This document shows, piece after piece, positions 57,195-63,477 of a stretch of 63,477 nt of DNA. Positions within the stretch are counted from its first letter, which is position 1; every line of letters starts with the position of its first letter. Below the pieces are notes generated by a model that saw nothing but the letters and a program-made list of their open reading frames with translations, made no database searches and was not told the DNA's origin. Both the position numbers and the translations under genes were made by a program. Source of the DNA: Thermoanaerobaculia bacterium (GTDB lineage: Bacteria > Acidobacteriota > Thermoanaerobaculia > Multivoradales > JAHEKO01); NCBI GenBank assembly GCA_046756565.1, contig JBHHWO010000005.1, positions 1 through 63,477 of the forward strand, read 5' to 3'.

Positions 57195-58328
57195 ATGGGC
57201 CGGATTCCGAAACCCGCTCCGGGACTCGCGGTGGACGAGATTCTGACCACCGACCACAGCGCCTGGCTGGAGCGGTCGCGCCCGATCGGCTCATCCCGGG
57301 AGGGTCGCCCCATCCATGGATTCGAGGCCGGCCGAGGCGAACTCCTGATCACTTTGATCGGTGGCTGTCACGCGGATGAGCCGGTCGGCCCGGCACTTCT
57401 CGGCCGTTTGGCCGGTCACCTTTCCGGCCTTCGGTCCGACCACCCGCTGCTTGCCGGGCTCCGCTGGCGAATCGTGCCGCACGTCAACCCGGACGGCGAA
57501 GCCAAGAACGACGTCTGGGCGCGAGATCCGCAACCGCTTCGGGACCATCGCGGAGAGCCGGACCACGGATACGATCTGGCCGGGTACCTCTCCTCGGTGG
57601 TTCGGGAGCTTCCTGGCGACGACATCGAGTTCGGGTTTCCGAGCGGTGCGCAGACCCAGGGAGGCGAGGAAGACCCGATCCGGCCCGAGAATCGAGCGGT
57701 CGCCGAGTTTCTGGCCCCCGGCTCGGCGAGTCAGCATCTCCCCATTTGTCTGCACGGGAGCTTTCACGGCATGGGTTTGGCGCCGGGACCCTGGTTTCTC
57801 ATCGAGCGCTCCTGGATCGATCGGACGACCGATCTCCGCAAGAGCCTCTCCGGCCTGGTTGAAGCCATGGGTTATCGGCTCTTCGACGCCGAGCGGCACG
57901 GCGAAAAAGGCTTCCATCGGATTGAGCCCGGTTTTGCGACGCGGCCCGACTCGCGAGCGATGCGCTATTTCTTCGAGCAACGGGGCGATCCCGACGAGGC
58001 CGCCAAGTTCCGGCCCAGCTCGATGGAGTTCGCCGGAGCCAACGGCGACGACCCCTTGACCTTCGTCACCGAGATGCCGCTCTTTCTCACTCCGTCCCTG
58101 CCGCCCGGGAAGGTCGAGCGGCGGGACCTCGAGGCGGTTCGCAAGATGCTGCTCGAGGCCTTGGCTCGAGGCCCGGCCGAGCTGGACCGGACCGCGGCCG
58201 AGCTCGGCGTCGTGGCGATGCCGATTCGGGACCAGATGGCGCTTCAACTGGCACTTCTACGAGAGGCCCTCCAGGCGATCGAAAGACCGGACCCGGGGAG
58301 GTTTGCCGGGTCCGACCGCCAGGCCTGA
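57195..58328 (+). CDS. M14 family zinc carboxypeptidase
   Basis: IGSSREGRPI, GCHADE, PHVNPDG, SFHG and VTE motifs. Confidence 0.82.
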   Translation: MGRIPKPAPGLAVDEILTTDHSAWLERSRPIGSSREGRPIHGFEAGRGELLITLIGGCHADEPVGPALLGRLAGHLSGLRSDHPLLAGLRWRIVPHVNPDGEAKNDVWARDPQPLRDHRGEPDHGYDLAGYLSSVVRELPGDDIEFGFPSGAQTQGGEEDPIRPENRAVAEFLAPGSASQHLPICLHGSFHGMGLAPGPWFLIERSWIDRTTDLRKSLSGLVEAMGYRLFDAERHGEKGFHRIEPGFATRPDSRAMRYFFEQRGDPDEAAKFRPSSMEFAGANGDDPLTFVTEMPLFLTPSLPPGKVERRDLEAVRKMLLEALARGPAELDRTAAELGVVAMPIRDQMALQLALLREALQAIERPDPGRFAGSDRQA

Positions 58329-58340
58329 TATCGTCCGCCG

Positions 58341-59582
58341 ATGGGCTACCGACCGCTGCCATTTCTTCGCTGCGGCTTGCTCCGATCCGTCGCGCTCGCG
58401 TTGGCGATACTGCTTCTCAGCTACGTCGCCGCCAATGCTCACGGCCAGAAGGGCGCCGCCGAACCCTGGTCGGGCACCGGACACACAGACGGGGCCTTAC
58501 TCCCGGAGGACGGAAGGATACTCGACTTCGAAGCCCAGAACGTGGCGCTGTTGTCGTGGCTCAGCCCCGAAGACATGACGGGTCGGACACAGACCGCGAG
58601 TGACATCTGGGGCTACGTGTCCCCCTCGGGACGCGAGTACGCGATCGTCGGCTTGCAGTTCGGCACTGCGTTCGTCGAGGTCACGAATCCACTGAGTCCC
58701 AAGGTCGTCAAGGTAATAAACGGCCCCATCTCGACTTGGCGAGACATGGCCGTCTACGGTGAGTTCGCATACAGCGTCAATGAAAAGGGCGGTGGGATCC
58801 AGACGATCGACTTGCGCAAGATCGACAAGGGCAAGGTCAAGATCGCCAGCCGGGTCACCGATCTCGGGCTGGCCACGGTTCACAACATCACCGTCAATCC
58901 CGACAGCGGGTACGCCTACTTGAGCGGCTCGAATCTGGCGGGCGGCGGGCTGGTGGCGGTCGATCTCTCGGATCCGGCGAACCCGAGCGTCGTACCGACC
59001 AACTGGCCAACTCACTACGTCCACGACACGCTGGCGGTGTCGTACGCCAAGGGCCGGCACGCCGGACGCGAGATCGTCTATGCCGCTATCGGAAGAGTCG
59101 GGCTGGCGATCATCGACGCCACCGACAAGGCCAACATGTTCACCGTCGGCATTCACGAATACCCCGGTCTGGGGTACTGCCATTCGGTCGCGATCGACCG
59201 CAAGCTCCGCTACCTCTACGTCAACGACGAGTTCGACGAACTGGACGGAAGCGTCGAGACCTCCACGACCTACATATTCAAGATCAAGGACTTCGAGAAC
59301 GCTCGCTACGTGAAGAGCTTCACGACCGGCGCCGGCACCATCGATCACAACAGCATGGTCAGGGGCAAGTGGCTCTACGAAGCCAACTACGAGTCGGGTT
59401 TCAAGGTCTTCCGCGTCAAGAGGCCCAAGGACCCGATCCTCATGGGTTCGTTCGACACCTACCCCGCTGAAGACCACACCGGATTCAACGGCGCCTGGGG
59501 GGTCTTCAGCGATCTTCCGAGCGGCGTGGTGATCGTGTCGGACATCCAGCGCGGCCTGTTCGTGTTCCAGCCGCCGGTCTGA
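58341..59582 (+). CDS. Choice-of-anchor B family / LVIVD-repeat exported protein
   Basis: SDIWG...GREYA, STWRD, HN, YVHD, YCH, DEFDE, IDHN, GAWGV and SDIQRGLF motifs. Confidence 0.82.
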   Translation: MGYRPLPFLRCGLLRSVALALAILLLSYVAANAHGQKGAAEPWSGTGHTDGALLPEDGRILDFEAQNVALLSWLSPEDMTGRTQTASDIWGYVSPSGREYAIVGLQFGTAFVEVTNPLSPKVVKVINGPISTWRDMAVYGEFAYSVNEKGGGIQTIDLRKIDKGKVKIASRVTDLGLATVHNITVNPDSGYAYLSGSNLAGGGLVAVDLSDPANPSVVPTNWPTHYVHDTLAVSYAKGRHAGREIVYAAIGRVGLAIIDATDKANMFTVGIHEYPGLGYCHSVAIDRKLRYLYVNDEFDELDGSVETSTTYIFKIKDFENARYVKSFTTGAGTIDHNSMVRGKWLYEANYESGFKVFRVKRPKDPILMGSFDTYPAEDHTGFNGAWGVFSDLPSGVVIVSDIQRGLFVFQPPV

Positions 59583-59600
59583 TCGCCTCAGCAGGCGATC
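59581..59600. terminator. Hairpin between convergent genes
   Basis: GATCGCCT-cagc-AGGCGATC; no U-tract. Confidence 0.35.
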
Positions 59601-59635
59601 CCAAGACCACGAGGCCCTGGGCCCGTGGGGCCTGC

Positions 59636-60769
59636 TCAACCCATCGGCTGCGGAAGCGAGTAGAAGTAGCCCTGGGCGTACTCGAATCCGGCGCCCAGAC
59701 ACGCCTCGGCTTCGACCTCGGACTCGATGCCCTCGGCGATCGGGACGACGCCGATGGAGCGAGCCGTCGAGACCAAACCGGCGACGAATTGCAGCCGCTC
59801 ATCCGGAGCCCGGTCGAGGTCGCGGATGAGGCTCATGTCGAATTTGAGGTAGTCCGGAGGGACCTCCGCGATCTGCCGCAGGCGGGATTGGCCGGTGCCG
59901 AAGTCGTCGTAGGCAAGCGCGACGTCGAGAGACCGCAGGCCGTCGCGGATCTCGGCGATCCGCCGGCTCCCGGTCACCGCCGCCTCGTGAATCTCGATCG
60001 CGAGCCGGATCTCAGGGAATTGCTCGCGCAGCGACTCGACGGAGCTCAGGAACTGTGACGGTTCCTGAGTTTCGGACGGGTGGGTGTTCATGAAGCAGAT
60101 CGGGTCTCCGGGGAGGGCACGCGCGGCCTGCGCGCCGACCCTGCGGCAGAGCTGGCTCAGCTCGCTCTCCCGGCCCAGCCGCTCGGCGATGTAGAAGAGC
60201 TCGAGCGGCAACGTCTCGAGCCCCCCCAGAAGACCACGCGACAGAAGCTCGTATCCGAGCACCTCGCGGTTCTCCTCCATCTGGTAGAGGGCCTGGAAGT
60301 ACGGGCGGATCGCTTCGCCCTGGATCAGGCTGGTGAACTCGTTCGTGTATTCGTGGAGACGAGTCGCCAGTCTCTCCGTGTCGAGCTCGCGGGTCTCGCC
60401 TTCGTCGGTATCGAGCGGAGGACTGTATACCCCGAGTCGGAAGACCAGGTCCGCGAAGTGGACGATGTCGCCGTCGTTCACCCGCACCGGCTCCCCGAGG
60501 CGATCCGAATTGACATAGGTACCGTTGGTGCTTCCCAGATCTCGGAGCCAGAGCGTTCCGTCCTGCTCGAAGAACTCGGCGTGCCGGTGCGAGACGCTGG
60601 TCGAATAGAGGTAGAGGTCGGCACTGGAGTGACGTCCGACCGTCAGCGGTAGGGATCGGATGATGGTCCGCCACTGCTTCCGGTTTTTGTCGACGAATCC
60701 GACCAGATACCAGTAGGCATCGGAAGGAAGACCTTCGCCCGCCGGGTGGAAGTCACTGGCGCTGCTCAT
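59636..60769 (-). CDS. FHA-EAL domain protein (c-di-GMP phosphodiesterase-like)
   Basis: GR, SVSHRHA and GSTNGT (FHA); ELLSR, EIHE, DDFGTG, KFD, AEGIE and QGY (EAL). Confidence 0.9.
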   Translation of the reverse strand: MSSASDFHPAGEGLPSDAYWYLVGFVDKNRKQWRTIIRSLPLTVGRHSSADLYLYSTSVSHRHAEFFEQDGTLWLRDLGSTNGTYVNSDRLGEPVRVNDGDIVHFADLVFRLGVYSPPLDTDEGETRELDTERLATRLHEYTNEFTSLIQGEAIRPYFQALYQMEENREVLGYELLSRGLLGGLETLPLELFYIAERLGRESELSQLCRRVGAQAARALPGDPICFMNTHPSETQEPSQFLSSVESLREQFPEIRLAIEIHEAAVTGSRRIAEIRDGLRSLDVALAYDDFGTGQSRLRQIAEVPPDYLKFDMSLIRDLDRAPDERLQFVAGLVSTARSIGVVPIAEGIESEVEAEACLGAGFEYAQGYFYSLPQPMG

Positions 60770-60880
60770 CGAATCAACTCGCAACGGCCAGGACGACCGA
60801 TTCGGAGGCCCGCCGCCGCGGCTCTAGGATGCCACATGGCCCGCCGCGGCGGGAGCGACCCAGATCACACTCCAGTCTGC

Positions 60881-60931
60881 TTGACAGCTGCAAGAACATA
60901 TTGTATCCTTTAATCCGGATGAACGGATTAA
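60881..60931 (+). promoter_or_regulatory. Sigma70 promoter and overlapping operator of sahR-ahcY
   Basis: TTGACA (60881) - 17 bp - TATCCT (60904); perfect IR TTAATCCG-gatgaa-CGGATTAA at 60910-60931 spanning ATG 60919. Confidence 0.8.
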
Positions 60932-61890
60932 GCATAAGAGAGCCGTCCGGTCAGCCAGAGCCCGGCGTTCTGGACAGAATGGCGATTCTGGGAGATCCAG
61001 TTCGCTGCCGGATCCTGCTCCTTTGCGAGCAGCAGGAGCTCACCGTCTCCGAGCTTTGCACCGTTCTCCAGCTACCGCAGTCCACGGTCAGCCGGCACCT
61101 CAAGACCCTGCGGGGAGACGGTTGGGTCGAAGCGCGCAAAGAAGCCACCAGCCGACTCTATTCGGCTCGCGAGCGCGGCTCCGAAACCGCCCGCGAGCTC
61201 TGGCGCCTCGTGCGGCGCGAGCTGGCCGCGAGCCCACGCTCGCGGGAAGACCAGCGCCGGCTCCTGACCGTCCTTGCCGAGCGGCCCGGACGCTCGCAGG
61301 CCTTCTTCTCCTCCGCCGCCGGCCGCTGGACGGAAATGCGGCAGGAGCTCTTTGGCCAGCGCTTCGATCTCGAAGCGATGCTGGCTCTCTTGGATCGACA
61401 GTGGACGCTCGCCGACCTCGGCTGCGGCGCGGGCAATCTCGCCGCTGCCCTGGCGCCGCATGTGGCCCGGGTTCTCGCCATAGACGAGTCTCCCGAGATG
61501 CTGAGCGCGGCAGCCGAGCGTCTCTCGGGCCTCGACAACGTCGAGGTGCGGCCCGGCCGTCTCGAGAACCTCCCCATCGGGGATGGAGAGGCCGATGCGG
61601 CGACCATGATGCTCGTGCTTCATCACGTCGCGTCTCCGGAGACCGCGCTCCGAGAAGCGGCCCGTTGCCTGCGCTTCGGAGGCAGGATTCTGGTCGTCGA
61701 CATGCTGCCCCACGAGCGCGAGACGCTGCGCAGCGAGATGGGCCACGTGTGGCTCGGTTTCGAGCGCCGCCGAGTCGAGCAGTGGCTCGACGCCGCAGGG
61801 CTCGGGAACACGCGCTTCGCGACCCTGACACCGCAACAAGACGCAACCGGCCCCTCGCTTTTTGCGGCGAGCGCCGTCAAATCTGAATAG
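60919..61890 (+). CDS. sahR: ArsR HTH plus SAM-binding methyltransferase-fold regulator (SahR/SamR type)
   Basis: LGDPVRCRIL and QSTVSRHLK, then DLGCGAG, VLHH and GHVWLGF; directly upstream of ahcY. Confidence 0.85.
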   Translation: MNGLSIREPSGQPEPGVLDRMAILGDPVRCRILLLCEQQELTVSELCTVLQLPQSTVSRHLKTLRGDGWVEARKEATSRLYSARERGSETARELWRLVRRELAASPRSREDQRRLLTVLAERPGRSQAFFSSAAGRWTEMRQELFGQRFDLEAMLALLDRQWTLADLGCGAGNLAAALAPHVARVLAIDESPEMLSAAAERLSGLDNVEVRPGRLENLPIGDGEADAATMMLVLHHVASPETALREAARCLRFGGRILVVDMLPHERETLRSEMGHVWLGFERRRVEQWLDAAGLGNTRFATLTPQQDATGPSLFAASAVKSE

Positions 61891-61944
61891 GAATCGATTC
61901 GAACCAACCCGCGGCCCGTCGGCCGCACTCGAGGAGAACGCCCC

Positions 61945-63429
61945 ATGACCGTATTGACAGACACCCAGCCCGCGGCCGCAGGAACGGAGGCGCGAGTGCC
62001 GTTCAAGGTCGCCGACCTCGCGCTCGCCGAGCGCGGGCGCAAGGAGATCCGCCTCGCCGAGCAGGAGATGCCCGGCCTGATGGCGTTGCGCGAGAAGTAC
62101 GCCAAGACCAAGCCTCTCTCGGGATCCAAGATCATGGGATCGCTGCACATGACAGTGCAGACCGCGGTCCTGATCGAGACCCTCACCGACCTCGGCGCCG
62201 ACGTGCGCTGGGTCTCCTGCAACATCTTTTCGACCCAGGACCACGCGGCGGCGGCCGTGGTGGTGGGTCGTGAAGGCACAGTCGAAGCCCCGAAGGGCAC
62301 GCCGGTCTTCGCCTGGAAGGGTGAGACTCTCGAGGAGTACTGGTGGTGCACCAAGGAAGCTCTAGTCTGGCCGGACGGCACCGGACCGGATCTCATCGTC
62401 GATGACGGTGGCGACGCCACCCTCTTCGTCCACCGTGCCCACGAATTCGAGAAGGCCGGCGCGGTCCCCGAGTTCGACGCCGACAACGAGCCCGAAGAGT
62501 GGGGCGTCATCCTCGACACCCTCCGCGCCGAGATCGCCAGGCGCCCCGGCGCCTGGTCGGCCGTGGCCGGGGGTATCAAGGGCGTCTCCGAGGAGACCAC
62601 GACGGGAGTGCATCGTCTCTACCAGATGGAGAACGACGGTAGCCTGCTCTTCCCCGCCATCAACGTCAACGACTCGGTCACCAAGTCGAAGTTCGACAAC
62701 ATTTACGGCTGCCGCCACTCCGTGGTCGACGGCCTCAACCGGGCGACCGACGTGATGATCGCGGCCAAGACCGCGGTCGTATGCGGATTCGGCGAAGTCG
62801 GCAAGGGGTGCGCTCAGGCGCTGCGCGGTCAGGGCGCCCGCGTCATCGTGACCGAGATCGACCCCATCTGCGCGCTCCAGGCGGCGATGGAAGGCTACGA
62901 GGTCAACACCCTCGAGAACGTCGTCGAGACCGCGGACATCTTCGTCACCACGACCGGCAATTTCGACATCATCACCGCCGAGCACATGGCGCGGATGAAG
63001 GACAAAGCCATCGTCTCCAACATCGGTCACTTCGACAACGAGATCGACATGGCCGGCTTGAAGAAGATGGAAGGCGTGACCTCGGAGAACATCAAACCGC
63101 AGTACGACGAGTGGATCTTCCCGGATGGGCACTCGGTGCTGATTCTCGCCGAAGGCCGTCTCATGAACCTCGGGTGCGCGACCGGTCATCCATCCTTCGT
63201 GATGTCGGCTTCGTTCACCAACCAGGTGTTGGCGCAGATCGACCTGTGGGCCAACCGCGAGACCTACGACAACAAGGTCATGATGCTGCCGAAGAAGCTC
63301 GACGAGGAAGTCGCTCGGTTGCACCTGGACCAGCTCGGCGTGAAGCTCACGCGGCTGACCAGGGAACAGGCCGACTACATCGGGGTGGATGTGGACGGAC
63401 CGTACAAGCCGGACCACTACCGTTACTAA
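61945..63429 (+). CDS. ahcY: Adenosylhomocysteinase
   Basis: [47 protein letters not shown] and KPDHYRY motifs. Confidence 0.98.
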   Translation: MTVLTDTQPAAAGTEARVPFKVADLALAERGRKEIRLAEQEMPGLMALREKYAKTKPLSGSKIMGSLHMTVQTAVLIETLTDLGADVRWVSCNIFSTQDHAAAAVVVGREGTVEAPKGTPVFAWKGETLEEYWWCTKEALVWPDGTGPDLIVDDGGDATLFVHRAHEFEKAGAVPEFDADNEPEEWGVILDTLRAEIARRPGAWSAVAGGIKGVSEETTTGVHRLYQMENDGSLLFPAINVNDSVTKSKFDNIYGCRHSVVDGLNRATDVMIAAKTAVVCGFGEVGKGCAQALRGQGARVIVTEIDPICALQAAMEGYEVNTLENVVETADIFVTTTGNFDIITAEHMARMKDKAIVSNIGHFDNEIDMAGLKKMEGVTSENIKPQYDEWIFPDGHSVLILAEGRLMNLGCATGHPSFVMSASFTNQVLAQIDLWANRETYDNKVMMLPKKLDEEVARLHLDQLGVKLTRLTREQADYIGVDVDGPYKPDHYRY

Positions 63430-63477
63430 GCGGCATCAAGCCAAAAGCTCAAAACAGAGGCCGGCGCTCCTGCGCCG

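Noticed and set aside
61891-61944. SAH riboswitch before ahcY
   Set aside because: Only 54 bp with one GCGGCC/GGCCGC hairpin and an RBS. No riboswitch consensus was recognised, and a protein regulator is present.
1-63477. Frequent CTCGAG, TCGA and CGATCG words
   Set aside because: Plausibly explained by codon usage (CTC-GAG, ATC-G). Enrichment could not be computed here.
63430-63477. Terminator after ahcY
   Set aside because: The hairpin CGGCGC-tcct-GCGCCG is cut by the window edge, so a U-tract cannot be seen.

Overview
High-GC bacterial chromosomal window with about 53 genes. The gene families suggest Acidobacteriota, but that is inference. Main blocks: an M24 peptidase; a MarR-DinB-DinB operon; a MASE1/CHASE/PAS hybrid histidine kinase; a DtxR/MntR regulator; an orphan lpxA; a fused MFS/spermidine-synthase-like gene; an ~18 kb glycosylation locus (two Dpm1-like GT2, flippase-like protein, GT-C, AsnB, DUF354, five SAM-methyltransferase domains); a TetR-regulated RND pump whose permease carries an internal deletion/frameshift; GGDEF-thyA-folA; a run of hydrolases; FHA-EAL; and SahR-ahcY. 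No rRNA, tRNA, CRISPR array or transposase was seen. The most unusual signals are non-coding. (1) Three 166-168 bp CTAG-bounded MITE-like elements, two of them on stop codons, plus a fourth element with unrelated ends; all four share a covarying structured core. (2) CGTC/GTAG-type REP repeats. (3) At least 14 genes with a TANNNT box 6-8 nt before the start codon (probably leaderless), including two compact bidirectional promoters. Product calls come from reading motifs by eye; no database search was run.
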